NCBI GenBank assembly: GCA_963697565.1
Contig: CAVOOM010000009.1
Coordinates: 70,304-134,303, forward strand
From: an uncultured Actinomycetota bacterium
GTDB lineage: Bacteria > Actinomycetota > Actinomycetes > CAVWCF01
Length of the DNA: 64,000 nt
Direction of reading: 5' to 3'
Shown: positions 1 through 9,428 of the stretch, in pieces
Layout: every line of letters starts with the position of its first letter
Position numbering within the stretch: the stretch's first letter is position 1
Position numbers and translations under genes: made by a program
The notes under the pieces: generated by a model
What the model saw: the letters and a program-made list of their open reading frames with translations, nothing else
Told to the model about the DNA's origin: nothing
Database searches by the model: none

Positions 1-689
1 CGACCTCGTCCACCGCAGCGTCTGGATCGTCGGGGGCGACGGCTGGGCGTACGACATCGGCTTCTCCGGCCTCGACCACGCGATGGCGTCCGGCCGCGAC
101 ATCAACATCCTGGTGCTCGACACCGAGGTCTACTCCAACACCGGCGGCCAGGCGTCCAAGGCGACGCCGCGCGGCGCCGTGGCGAAGTTCGCGATGGGCG
201 GCAAGCACACCCCGAAGAAGGACCTCGGGGCGATCGCGATGGCGTACGGCTCGGTCTACGTCGCGCAGGTGGCCCTGGGCGGCAACGACGTCCAGACGCT
301 GCGCGCCCTGCAGGAGGCCGAGGAGCACCGCGGGCCGTCGCTGGTGATCGCCTACTCGACCTGCATCGCCCACGGCATCGAGATGTCGACCTCGATGAGC
401 CACCAGAAGGAGGCGGTCGCCAGCGGGTACTGGCCGCTGTACCGCTTCCGGCCCGGCGCGGGCGAGCACGAGCACCCGTTCCAGCTGGACTCCAAGGCGC
501 CGACCATCCCGTTCCGCGAGTTCGCCAAGTCCGAGGCCCGCTTCTCGATGCTGGCGCGCTCGCAGCCGCAGGCCGCCGAGGCGCTTGAGCGCGGCCGCCC
601 AGGAGGACATCGACGAGCGTTGGCGCTACTACGCCCAGCTGGCCGGGCTTGAGCGCACCGTGACGGTGGAAGAGGAGGAGCAGCCGTGA
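1..689 (+). pseudogene. nifJ: pyruvate:ferredoxin (flavodoxin) oxidoreductase, C-terminal part (5' end outside window); apparent +1 frameshift near 592 as sequenced
   Basis: Frame 2 from nt 2 reads DLVHRSVWIVGGDGWAYDIGFSGLDH...DTEVYSNTGGQASKATPRGAVAKFA, the TPP-binding region of PFOR. ORF 83..652 ends in Arg/Ala junk. Frame 3 continues AQEDIDERWRYYAQLAGLERTV..EEEEQP to the TGA at 687-689. Confidence 0.85.
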
Positions 690-1677
690 GCCTCGACCTG
701 GCGACGACCTACCTGGGGCTGTCAGCTTGCGGTCCCCGCTCGTGGCGTCTGCGGGCCCCACCACCCGCACGCTCGACGGCCTGCGCCGCCTGGAGCAGGC
801 CGGCGTCGGCGCGGTCGTGCTGCCCTCGCTCTTCGAGGAGCAGCTGGAGGCCGAGGCCCACCACGTCGACGACCTGCTGTCCGGCCCGGCCTTCGCCGAG
901 GCCGACGCGTTCTTCCCTGAGCAGTCGGTCTTCGCGGCCGACTCCGACGAGCACCTGGCGCTCGTCATCGAGGCCAAGGCCACCCTGTCGGTCCCGGTCA
1001 TCGCCAGCCTGAACGGATCCTCGCCCGGCGGCTGGACGCACTACGCGACCGCGCTGGCCGAGGCCGGCGCCGACGCCCTCGAGCTCAACGTCTACCGGGT
1101 CGCCGCCGACCCGGAGCGATCGGCCGCGCAGGTCGAGGACGAGCTGCTCGAGGTGGTCGCCCAGGTGCGCGCCGAGGTCGGGCTGCCGCTGGCGGTCAAG
1201 CTCGGGCCGTACTTCTCGTCGCTGCCGCACCTCGCGCGCTCCGTCGCCGCCGCGGGGGCTGACGGGCTGGTGCTGTTCAACCGCTTCTACCAGCCCGACC
1301 TCGACCTGGAGACCCTGCGGGCGACGCCGCACCTCGTGCTGTCGACGTCGGACGAGCTGCGGCTGCCGCTGCGGTGGATCGGTCTGCTGCGCGGCCGGGT
1401 CGAGTGCGACCTGGCGCTGAGCACCGGCGTCCACACCGCGGAGGACGCGGTCAAGGGGCTGCTGGTCGGGGCGGACGTCGTGATGATGACGTCGGCGCTG
1501 CTGCACCACGGGCCGGGCCACGTCGCGGAGGTCGAGGCCGGGCTGCGCGCCTGGTTCGACGAGCGCGAGTACGAGTCGGTCGACCAGGCCCGCGGCTCGG
1601 CCGCGTGGGCGACCGGCCCCGACCCGACCGGCTTCGAGCGGGCCAACTACTTGGCGGTGCTCGCGAGCGGGCGCTGA
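686..1677 (+). pseudogene. dihydroorotate dehydrogenase-like (DHOD/DPD TIM-barrel family) protein, conserved PFOR partner; 1-nt deletion-type frameshift near 726 as sequenced
   Basis: GTG at 686 overlaps the nifJ stop (GTGA). VSLDLATTYLGLS is in frame 2, then ORF 727..1677 reads LRSPLVASAGPTTRTLDGLRRLEQAGVGAVVLPSLFEEQ...LFNRFYQPDLDLETL. Confidence 0.75.
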
Positions 1678-1705
1678 CGCTAGCCGGGGTGCAGCGGGAG
1701 CTCCG

Positions 1706-2062
1706 CTAGGAGGCCTCCGCCGCGGCCGATGCGCCTGCGCCCGGGTCCGACGCGCGTTGGGCAGCCAGCGCTCGTGCCACTTCACGCGCGACGTCGTCGG
1801 CTGCGGCCTCGGCGCGGTAGACCTCTCGCGACGAGGGCGGGTCGAGCAGGTCGAAGAGCAGGGTGACCGGGACGCCGTGGGCGAGCAGCGTCCGGGCGTA
1901 GCGCGCCGGGTCTCGAATCACATTGATGTAATTCGGCACCCCTGGGCCGAACCGACTAGGCCAAACGGGTGAACCCTGAGCGAGCCCCATTGGGCCGTCC
2001 CTCGTGGCGGCGACGAGGCGGCTTCCCCCGTCAAGCCGGACGGGGAGCCCCAGCGTTGACAC
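1706..2062 (-). CDS. hypothetical protein (weak; possibly only the C-terminal ~70 codons, from a GTG at 1921, are coding)
   Basis: ORF track 1706..2062. High GC3 and normal composition occur only in the 3' two thirds (RDPARYARTLLAHGVPVTLLFDLLDPPSSREVYRAEAAADDVAREVARAL). The 5' part has atypical codons and contains an AT-rich palindrome. Confidence 0.25.
   Translation of the reverse strand: MSTLGLPVRLDGGSRLVAATRDGPMGLAQGSPVWPSRFGPGVPNYINVIRDPARYARTLLAHGVPVTLLFDLLDPPSSREVYRAEAAADDVAREVARALAAQRASDPGAGASAAAEAS
1914..1935. promoter_or_regulatory. 22-bp AT-rich near-perfect palindrome CGAATCACAT-TG-ATGTAATTCG (candidate operator)
   Basis: Read directly. The half sites are reverse complements at 9 of 10 positions. 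It sits in the only AT-rich patch between the divergent ORFs 1706..2062(-) and 2084..2545(+). Confidence 0.3.
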
Positions 2063-2083
2063 GTTCTGTCCGCAGGTGGGAAC

Positions 2084-2545
2084 TTGCCCCGCAAGGGCAC
2101 AGCTCCTCGGCGGGCGGGGTCGGGCGCCACGGCGGGGTCCGCTCCTCCCAGCCCACCGTCATCGTCGGCTACGCCGCGCAACACCGCCGCGCCGAGTCCA
2201 CCGGCCGTTGCCCCCACCCCGACCGAGACGGCTCCCGGTATTCGCGGGACCGCCACCGACTTCTGCAGCGCCGGCCAACAGCTGGCCGCGGGAATCAATG
2301 CGGCGCAGTCGCCCGAGGAGCTGGTGGGGGCGCTGTACGGCTCGGCGGAAGACCTGCAGGAGTTCGCGCCCGCCGAGCTCCAGGAGGAGGCGAAGGCCTT
2401 TGGCGACGAGCTGAAGGCCATGGCGACCAACCTCGCTGTGGGGTTTAGCACGTCAGTCAAGGACCTCGACGCGGCTATGGGCGCGGCCCTTGCCTCGCCG
2501 TCCGGCATCGCGATCAGCCAGTACGGCGCTGACAACTGCCAGTGA
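2084..2545 (+). CDS. hypothetical protein with a Pro/Ser/Thr/Ala-rich linker and a C-terminal ~90-aa domain with two Cys; 5' end uncertain
   Basis: ORF 2084..2545. The C-terminal part has normal composition (DFCSAGQQLAAGINAAQSPEELVGALYGSAEDLQEF...ISQYGADNCQ). The linker resembles a lipoprotein tether, but no signal peptide is visible in frame. Confidence 0.4.
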   Translation: MPRKGTAPRRAGSGATAGSAPPSPPSSSATPRNTAAPSPPAVAPTPTETAPGIRGTATDFCSAGQQLAAGINAAQSPEELVGALYGSAEDLQEFAPAELQEEAKAFGDELKAMATNLAVGFSTSVKDLDAAMGAALASPSGIAISQYGADNCQ

Positions 2546-2671
2546 GCGGCTCGGGTCCTGCTCGGCGGCACCAAAGTGGCTTGCCCGCGCGCACCGGGCG
2601 CGGAGGCCGGCGACGTGACTGAAGACGACTCAGCGCCTCCACCCAGGGGGTGAAAGCGCTGGTCACACGGG

Positions 2672-2744
2672 TGCGCCGCCAGGGACTCGAACCCCGAACC
2701 CGCGGATTAAGAGTCCGCTGCTCTGCCAGTTGAGCTAGCGGCGC
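2672..2744 (-). tRNA. tRNA-Lys (anticodon CTT), CCA not encoded
   Basis: The reverse complement folds by hand as GCGCCGC-TA-GCTC..GAGC-A-GCGGA-CTCTTAA-TCCGC-GGGTT-CGGGG-TTCGAGT-CCCTG-GCGGCGC-A (73 nt cloverleaf). Confidence 0.9.
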
Positions 2745-2832
2745 GTAGCGCGGGACTTTACCAGGGGCCTTCGGTGCGGGTGAAATCCGTCGACCGCCGC
2801 GGGCGGCTTGCGCCGGGCCTGCGCGGCCGGCC

Positions 2833-3156
2833 TCAGTCGACCGCGTGCGGGGGCTTGCCGTGCTCGCGCTCCCAGGCCGAAAGCTGCTGCTCCAGGGCCT
2901 TCATCAGCTCGAAAACCTGGGCGGGCGGGATGCGCACCCGGGCGACGACCCGTGCCGGCACATGCAGGTACGTCCGTCCGTCGGACTCGTCGACGACCGG
3001 ATGCGGCTGCCGGGAGACCGAGGCGAAGTCGAGGGTGAAGACGTCCGGGTCGTGCCAGATGGAGGCGAACGACGCGTACACGCCCGGCTCGAGCTCGGGG
3101 CTCACCTCGAGCGCGACGCGGGTCTCCGGGGGCGGGGGCGGGGCGATGTCGGCCAT
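2833..3156 (-). CDS. DUF3467 domain protein
   Basis: Internal ATG of ORF 2833..3489 gives 107 aa: MADIAPPPPPETRVALEVSPELEPGVYASFASIWHDPDVFTLDFASV... The GVYA.F..IWH...FTLDF signature is typical of DUF3467. Confidence 0.75.
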   Translation of the reverse strand: MADIAPPPPPETRVALEVSPELEPGVYASFASIWHDPDVFTLDFASVSRQPHPVVDESDGRTYLHVPARVVARVRIPPAQVFELMKALEQQLSAWEREHGKPPHAVD

Positions 3157-3285
3157 CCCCGCAGCGTACGGCTCGGCCGGCCGGGCGGTCTGCGCCCATC
3201 GGAGGTCCTCCCGCGGCGGGCCGCCGGGCGATACGTTGCGAAAGACGCGCCGCAACGGCGCTGCCGACCAGGAGGGATAGCGACG

Positions 3286-4663
3286 ATGGACGAGACGGTG
3301 CGCCGGCACAAGTACGAGCTGGGCGAGGACGAGATGCCGACCCGCTGGTACAACCTGGTGCCCGATCTGCCGTCGCCCACCGCCGCCCGCGCTGCACCCG
3401 GGGACCCTGCAGCCGGCCGGCCCGGAGGACTTCGCGCCGCTGTTCCCGATGGACCTGATCCTGCAGGAGGTCTCGCAGGAGCGGTACATCGAGATCCCCG
3501 GCGCCGTGCTCGACGTCTACCGGCAGTGGCGGCCGTCCCCGCTGTTCCGCGCGCACCGGCTGGAGGCAGCGCTCGGCACGCCCGCGCGGATCTACTACAA
3601 GTACGAGGGCGTCTCGCCCGCCGGATCGCACAAGCCCAACACCGCGGTGCCGCAGGCGTACTACAACGCCAAGGCGGGCGTGAAGAAGCTGACCACCGAG
3701 ACCGGCGCCGGGCAGTGGGGCACCGCGCTGGCCTTCGCGTGCGCGCTGTTCGACCTTGAGTGCGAGGTGTGGCAGGTCGGTTCGTCGTACGACAGCAAGC
3801 CCTACCGGCGACTGATGATCGAGGCCTTCGGGGGCGTGGTGCACCGCTCGCCGTCCGACGTCACCGAGACGGGCCGTCGGCTCGGCGCCGACCCGGCGAA
3901 CTCCACCGGCTCGCTCGGCATCGCCATCTCGGAGGCGGTCGAGGTCGCGGCGCAGAACCCCGACGTGCGGTACGCGCTCGGCAGCGTGCTCAACCACGTG
4001 CTGATGCACCAGACGATCATCGGCGAGGAGGCGCTGCTGCAACTCGCCAAGGCCGGCGACACCCCCACGCACATCATCGGCTGCACGGGCGGCGGCTCGA
4101 ACTTCGCCGGGCTGTCGTTCCCGTTCCTGCGCGAGAAGCTCGCGGGGAACATCTCGCCGCGGCTCATCGCCGCCGAGCCCGCGTCCTGCCCTTCGCTCAC
4201 CCACGGCGTGTACGCGTACGACTTCGGCGACACCGCGGGGATGACGCCGCTGATGAAGATGCACACGCTGGGCCATGACTTCATCCCCGACCCGATCCAC
4301 GCCGGCGGCCTGCGCTACCACGGGATGGCCCCGCTGATCTCGCATGTCTACGAGCTGGGTCTGCTGGAGGCCCAGGCCGTGCCGCAGACCGAGTGCTTCG
4401 CGGCGGCCGTGCAGTTCGCGCGGACCGAGGGGATCGTGCCGGCCCCCGAGCCCACGCACGCCCTCGCGCTCGCGCTCCGCGAGGCGAAGCGCGCCAAGGA
4501 GACCGGCGAGGAGACGGTGATCCTGACCGCGCTCTGCGGCCACGGGCACTTCGACCTGGCCGCCTACGACGACTACCTGCGCGGGCGGATGGTCGACGAG
4601 GAGGTCAGCGAGGAGCGGTTCGCCGCCGGCCTGGCGACGATCCCGCCGGTTCCGGTGGGGTAG
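3286..4663 (+). pseudogene. TrpB2-type tryptophan synthase beta-like PLP enzyme; +1 frameshift near 3377 as sequenced
   Basis: [31 protein letters not shown] is in frame 1 (inside ORF 2845..3759). It continues [32 protein letters not shown]... in ORF 3449..4663. The PLP lysine motif GSHKPNTA and GGGSNFAG are present. Confidence 0.85.
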
Positions 4664-4686
4664 GCCGGCGCCCTCGCCAAACGACA

Positions 4687-4714
4687 CCGGGGGTCCGGGC
4701 GGCCGGACCCCCGG
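4687..4714. terminator. perfect 12-bp stem / 4-nt loop GC hairpin between convergent genes (candidate bidirectional terminator)
   Basis: The sequence CCGGGGGTCCGG-GCGG-CCGGACCCCCGG, followed by TT, lies between the TrpB2 stop (4663) and the stop of the minus-strand gene at 4824. Confidence 0.5.
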
Positions 4715-4823
4715 TTCGCAGCCCCGGCGCGGCCCGCGGGGTGTGCGGGCCCGGCCGGGACGTGGGGCGGAGGGGATGTGCCCCACGAGGTGGCGCGTCG
4801 AGCGTCGGTTCAGTGCGGGGCGA

Positions 4824-5207
4824 TCACCGCTTGAAGGGCTTGGCCAGGACCGACAGACCCTTGCCGAGGAACGACGAGGCTGTCCTCGCGAGCGACTCGG
4901 TCATCCCCATCACCGAGTGCATGGCCTTGGCCTGCGTGTCGATGAGGGACTTGGTGGCGCCGTCCGGGATGCCGAATCCGGCCATGGACCCCAGCGAGGA
5001 CTCGCCCACCATGGTGGTGGCCTGCTCGATGGAGCTGAGGCTGGACCGGAGCATCTTCAGGACGGGGCCGTCAGTGTCTTTGGCCGGCTTCGGGGCGGCT
5101 GCGGCGGTCTTGGGGGCCGCGGCCTTGGCGGGGCGCTTCGCCGCCGGGCGGGTGGTGGTCTTCTTGGCTGCCTTCGGGGGAGCCTTCACTGCGGTCGCGG
5201 TCGCCAT
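4824..5207 (-). CDS. small basic protein with an Ala/Lys/Pro-rich histone-like N-terminal tail, function unknown
   Basis: ORF 4824..5207. MATATAVKAPPKAAKKTTTRPAAKRPAKAAAPKTAAAAPKPAK is followed by a non-repetitive 75-aa C-terminal domain. I recognise no family. Confidence 0.6.
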   Translation of the reverse strand: MATATAVKAPPKAAKKTTTRPAAKRPAKAAAPKTAAAAPKPAKDTDGPVLKMLRSSLSSIEQATTMVGESSLGSMAGFGIPDGATKSLIDTQAKAMHSVMGMTESLARTASSFLGKGLSVLAKPFKR

Positions 5208-5272
5208 GCTGTCACCTCGTGCGTCTGGGGCGATCTGACGGTGGACCCGTCACCACCCTTCATACGCCTTCA

Positions 5273-5288
5273 GTGAACACTTGTCCAC
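5273..5288. promoter_or_regulatory. imperfect palindrome GTGAACA-CT-TGTCCAC in a divergent promoter region (weak operator candidate)
   Basis: Read directly. The half sites match at 6 of 7 positions. It lies between the divergent starts at 5207(-) and 5333(+). Confidence 0.2.
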
Positions 5289-5332
5289 CCATTCGGCTGA
5301 GAACGGCGCGTGTCGGGGAGCACGCTGGGGGC

Positions 5333-6481
5333 ATGGCCGCAGCGAGCCGTCACACGGTGCTCGTGCTCGGCGGGTACGGCCAGACCGGGCGGCGGGTGGT
5401 GACGTGGCTGGCCGGGCGCAACCCCGATCTGCGAATCGTGGTGGCCGGTCGCGACGGTGAACGGGCCGCCCGGCTGGCGACCGCACTCGACCCCACTCGG
5501 TCGGGGCGGGTCGTTCCCGCGATCGTCGATGCCGGAGACCCGATCTCGGTGCGGGCGGGCCTTGCGGGCGTCGATCTCCTCGTGAACACGGCCTCTGCCT
5601 CCGAGCACGCACCGTCGCTGATCCAGGCGACGCTGGAGGCGGGCGCGGACTGGTGCGACACGCAGGTGGCCAGGCCCCAATCGCAGGTGCTGCGAGGAGA
5701 GTCGGCCCGGATCGCCGCGGCTGGCCGCTGCTTCGTCACGCAGGCGGGGTTCCACCCGGGAGTGCCGGCCGCACTGGTGCGGTGGGCGGCCGCCCAGGTC
5801 GACGTGCTGACCGAGGCGTGGACCGCCGGCTTCATCCGGCAACGGGGAGGGTTTCCGCCTTCCTCGGCCATGGGCGAGCTGTTCGACGAGTTCCGCGACT
5901 ACCGAGCCGAGGTGTTCAGCGATGGCACCTGGCGCGACGTGGGTTGGCTGGGCTTCGGCGAGATGCCGATGGTCGACTTCGCCTTCGGCCTCGGGCGTGC
6001 GCGCACCTACCCGTACGAACTCGACGAGCTGCGCGCCCTGCCAGACCTGATGCCGGGGCTGCGGCGCCTGGGATTCGGTGTGGCCGGCTTCGACCCGGTG
6101 ACCGATTGGGTGGTCACTCCCGCGATCGTCGCCGGGGCCCACCTCAGCCGTCGCACCTACCCTGGCCTCGCCCGTGTCTTGGCGTGGTCCACCCGCACCT
6201 TCGGGCGACCTCCGTTCGGCGTGGCGGTGCAGTGCGACGCGGCTGGAGTCCGCGCGGGAGAACCGGTTGCCCTCCGCGTCGCGCTCGGACACCAGGACGC
6301 CTACGAGCTCACCGCGATTCCCGTGGTCTGCATGATCGAGCAGCTGCTGGACGGATCCGCTCGGGCCCCGGGCCTGCACCTGATGGGCCAGCTGGTCGAC
6401 CCGGACCGCCTGCTCGCCGAATGCGGCGCGATGGGGGTCAACGTCCTGGCGGGCGAGAGCCCCCGGGCGCAGAGGCTGTGA
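5333..6481 (+). CDS. saccharopine dehydrogenase-like NAD(P)-binding protein
   Basis: Internal ATG of ORF 5219..6481. The Rossmann motif VLVLGGYGQTGRRVV is followed by a long C-terminal domain typical of the saccharopine dehydrogenase NADP-binding family. Confidence 0.7.
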   Translation: MAAASRHTVLVLGGYGQTGRRVVTWLAGRNPDLRIVVAGRDGERAARLATALDPTRSGRVVPAIVDAGDPISVRAGLAGVDLLVNTASASEHAPSLIQATLEAGADWCDTQVARPQSQVLRGESARIAAAGRCFVTQAGFHPGVPAALVRWAAAQVDVLTEAWTAGFIRQRGGFPPSSAMGELFDEFRDYRAEVFSDGTWRDVGWLGFGEMPMVDFAFGLGRARTYPYELDELRALPDLMPGLRRLGFGVAGFDPVTDWVVTPAIVAGAHLSRRTYPGLARVLAWSTRTFGRPPFGVAVQCDAAGVRAGEPVALRVALGHQDAYELTAIPVVCMIEQLLDGSARAPGLHLMGQLVDPDRLLAECGAMGVNVLAGESPRAQRL

Positions 6482-6613
6482 CCGCTGCCACCGCAGGGCT
6501 AGGCTGCCGCAGACACGACCCAAGCCGCTCGGGGGACGGTGTCGGCGAGGGCGGTCTTCGGTTGGCCGTGGCCTCGCGACCGACCGGGTGAGAGGGGTGC
6601 GCCGGTGGGAGCG

Positions 6614-7420
6614 ATGACCACGCGGCGGCGGGTGACCCGGGTGACGGGGACCGCGAAGGCCGACGTCGTGGACGACATCGCCCGCGAGTCCCCGCTCGCC
6701 CTCGCCGTCAACGGCGTTCACCTGGTGACGACCATGCGGACTCCCGGTCACGACCTCGAGTTGGCCGCGGGCTGGCTCGTCGCCGAGGCCGGTGTGCGCG
6801 CCGCCGCCGACATCGTGGCCATGAAGGCGCTCACCGCAGACCCCGACCGCCCGGATGACGTGGACACCGTGCAGGTCACCCTCGCGGAGGGGCTCGCGGC
6901 GCCGGAGCCGAGGGCGGTGCTCACCTCCAGCGCGTGCGGGGTCTGCAGCTCCCGGCAGGGCGCCTCGGTGGCCAAACCCGGCGGCCCGCTGCACTCGCCC
7001 GGCTGGTCGGTGGCGGCGCGCACCCTGCTCGACGCCCCGGCCGCGATGCTCGCCCAGCAGCGCACCTTCGAGCGCACCGGCGGCCTGCACGCGGCCGCCA
7101 TCGCGGCAGCAGACGGCACGGTCGCCGGGGTCCGCGAGGACGTCGGGCGGCACAACGCCGTCGACAAGGTCGTCGGTCGCTGCCTGCTGGACGGCCGGCT
7201 GCCGCTCACGGACCGGCTGCTGCTCGTGAGCGGCCGGGTGTCGTTCGAGATCGTCCAGAAGGCGCTCGCAGCCGGGGCGGCGGGCATCGTCGCGGTCTCG
7301 GCGCCGTCGAGCCTGGCGGTCGACCTCGCGCGCGAGCACGGACTGCTCCTCGTCGGCTTCAGCCGGGGGTCGAGTCTGAACGCCTACGCGTGCCCCGAGC
7401 TCATCGGGGATCCGGTGTGA
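6614..7420 (+). CDS. fdhD: formate dehydrogenase accessory sulfurtransferase FdhD
   Basis: ORF 6539..7420, probable start at the MTTRRRV methionine. Family motifs are TTMRTPGHDLELAAGWL, SSACGVCS, GGLHAAA, GRHNAVDKVVG and SGRVSFEIVQKA. Confidence 0.85.
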   Translation: MTTRRRVTRVTGTAKADVVDDIARESPLALAVNGVHLVTTMRTPGHDLELAAGWLVAEAGVRAAADIVAMKALTADPDRPDDVDTVQVTLAEGLAAPEPRAVLTSSACGVCSSRQGASVAKPGGPLHSPGWSVAARTLLDAPAAMLAQQRTFERTGGLHAAAIAAADGTVAGVREDVGRHNAVDKVVGRCLLDGRLPLTDRLLLVSGRVSFEIVQKALAAGAAGIVAVSAPSSLAVDLAREHGLLLVGFSRGSSLNAYACPELIGDPV

Positions 7421-7897
7421 GCGCCTCCGAGTGGTCGACGGAGGGCGGCCGGGCCGTGCTCGCCGCCCTGCCGGAGCACGAGCGGCTGATCCTGCCCGCA
7501 CTGCAGGCGATCCAAGGCGCGTTCGGCTTCATCCCGGAGGGCGCCGCCGCCCTGGTCGCCGCGACGTTGAACGTGTCAGTGGCCGACGCGCACGGCGTCC
7601 TCACCTACTACCCGGATCTGCTCACCGAGCCGCCGGCCCCCGTCACGCTCGCGGTGTGCGCAGCGGAGGCCTGCCAGGCCACCGGCGCCCGCGCCCTGGT
7701 CGCGCATCTGGGCCGAATCGGTGGCCCAGCCCGGCGGTCGCTCGGCCGACGGGGTGGTGGCCGTGCGCGAGGTGTTCTGCCTCGGCAACTGCGCGCTTGG
7801 CCCAGCGGTGGCGGTGAACGGCCGCCTGGTGGGCCGGGTGACCCCTGCGGCCGTCGACGGGCTGCTGGCCGCCGCCCGCGAGCAGGTGGCGCGATGA
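7417..7897 (+). pseudogene. fdsG: NAD-dependent formate dehydrogenase gamma subunit (NuoE-like 2Fe-2S); +1 frameshift near 7713 as sequenced
   Basis: GTG at 7417 overlaps the fdhD stop. ...LILPALQAIQGAFGFIPEGAAALVAATLNVSVADAHGVLTYYPDL...CAAEACQATGA is in frame 1. ESVAQPGGRSADGVVAVREVFCLGNCALGPAVAVNGRLVG follows in frame 2, up to the TGA at 7895. Confidence 0.8.
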
Positions 7898-9428
7898 CCG
7901 CCACCGTCTTCGTGCCCTGCGACAGCGCGGCCCGCAGCGTCGGCGCCGACGAGGTCGAGGCCGCTGTCGTGCCGGGAGGCGGCGGCCCGCCGAATCGGGC
8001 TCACGGTGGTGCGCACCGGGTCGAGAGGGCTGCTCTGGCTCGAGCCGCTCGTGGAGGTGCAGACCGGATTCGGCCGCATGGGCTACGGCCCGGTGGCCGC
8101 CGGCTGAGGTGCCGTCCCTGTTCGACGCTGGCTTCCTGGCCGGCAACGAGCACCCGGCCGGTCTCGGACCGGTCGACGAGATCGCGTGGCTCGCGAGCCA
8201 GCAGCGCGTCGTGTTCCAGCGGGTGGGGGTGGTGGACCCGCTGAGCCTGGCCGACTTCGAGGCGCACGGCGGCCTCGTCGGTCTGCGGGCCGCCCTTGCG
8301 GCCGACCCGCAGGCGGTCATCGCCGAGGTGGCCGCCTCCGGGCTGCGCGGCCGCGGCGGGGCGGGGTTCCCCACCGGGGTCAAGTGGCAGACCGTGCGCG
8401 ACACCGCCGCCGACCAGAGGTACGTCTGCTGCAACGCCGACGAGGGGGACAGCGGGTCGTACGCCGACCGGATGCTCATGGAGGGCGACCCGTTCGGCCT
8501 CCTGGAGGGGATGGCGATCGCGGGGCTCGCGGTCGGCGCCACCAAGGGCGTGGTCTACATCCGCTCGGAGTACCCCGATGCCGTGGCCACGATGCGCGAG
8601 GCCGTCCGGATCGCCCGCGCCTCCGGGGTGCTCGGCGCGGACCTCCTCGGCAGCGGCCGGGAGTTCGACGTCGCCGTGCGGGTCGGCGCCGGCTCGTACG
8701 TCTGCGGCGAGGAGACCGCGATGCTCGACAGCCTGGAGGGGCTGCGGGGGACGGTGCGGGCCAAGCCCCCGCTGCCGGCCCGGCACGGCCTGTTCGGGCG
8801 GCCGACGGTCGTGAACAACGTGCTCACGCTCGCCGCGGTCCCGGGGATCCTCGCGCACGGGGCGGCGGCCCACCAGGCGCTCGGGCGCGACCGCTCGCGG
8901 GGCACCCAGGTCTTCCAGCTGGCCGGCAACGTCGCGCGCGGCGGCATCGTCGAGACCGAGTTCGGGATCAGCCTGGCCGAGCTGGTCCACGGGTACGGCG
9001 GCGGCACCCGGTCGGGCCGCCCGGTGCGCGCGGTGCAGGTCGGCGGGCCGCTCGGCGCGTACCTGCCCGCCGACCGCCTCGACGTGCCGCTCGACTACGA
9101 GGCGATGGCCGCCGAGGGCGCGATGCTCGGCCACGGCGGGGTGGTGGTCTTCGACGACACCGTCGACATGGCCGCGCAGGCGCGGTTCGCGATGGAGTTC
9201 TGCGCCAAGGAGTCGTGCGGCCGCTGCACGCCCTGCCGGATCGGCTCGGTGCGGGGGGTCGAGGTCATCGACCGGATCGTCGAGGGCGTCGACCGCGACC
9301 GCAACCTGGCCCTGCTCGACGACCTCTGCGACGTGATGGCGTCCGGGTCGCTGTGCGCCATGGGCGGCCTCACCCCGAATCCGGTGCGCAGCGCCCTGCG
9401 CCACTTCGGCGAGGACTTCGAGCGATGA
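7894..9428 (+). pseudogene. fdsB: NAD-dependent formate dehydrogenase beta subunit (NuoF-like, FMN/NAD/4Fe-4S); two +1 frameshifts near 7972 and 8102 as sequenced
   Basis: ATG at 7894 overlaps the fdsG stop (ATGA). Three frame segments join as MTATVFVPCDSAARSVGADEVEAAVV / REAAARRIGLTVVRTGSRGLLWLEPLVEV / EVPSLFDAGFL... (ORF 8109..9428). Motifs are GLRGRGGAGFPTGVKW and ESCGRCTPCRIG. Confidence 0.85.

Noticed and set aside
2735-4786. Very long alternative-frame or antisense ORFs. Examples are 2735..4786(-) 683 aa, 5270..7501(-) 743 aa, 9095..10975(-), 14023..15861(-), 17486..19588(+) 700 aa, 25047..27173(-), 27562..29319(-), 33168..34793(+), 41611..43626(+), 45823..47655(+) and 49249..51177(+).
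   Set aside because: They are typical high-GC shadow ORFs. Their translations are dominated by Arg, Gly, Pro and Ala with no motifs. Each lies opposite to, or out of frame with, a gene that has clear family signatures.
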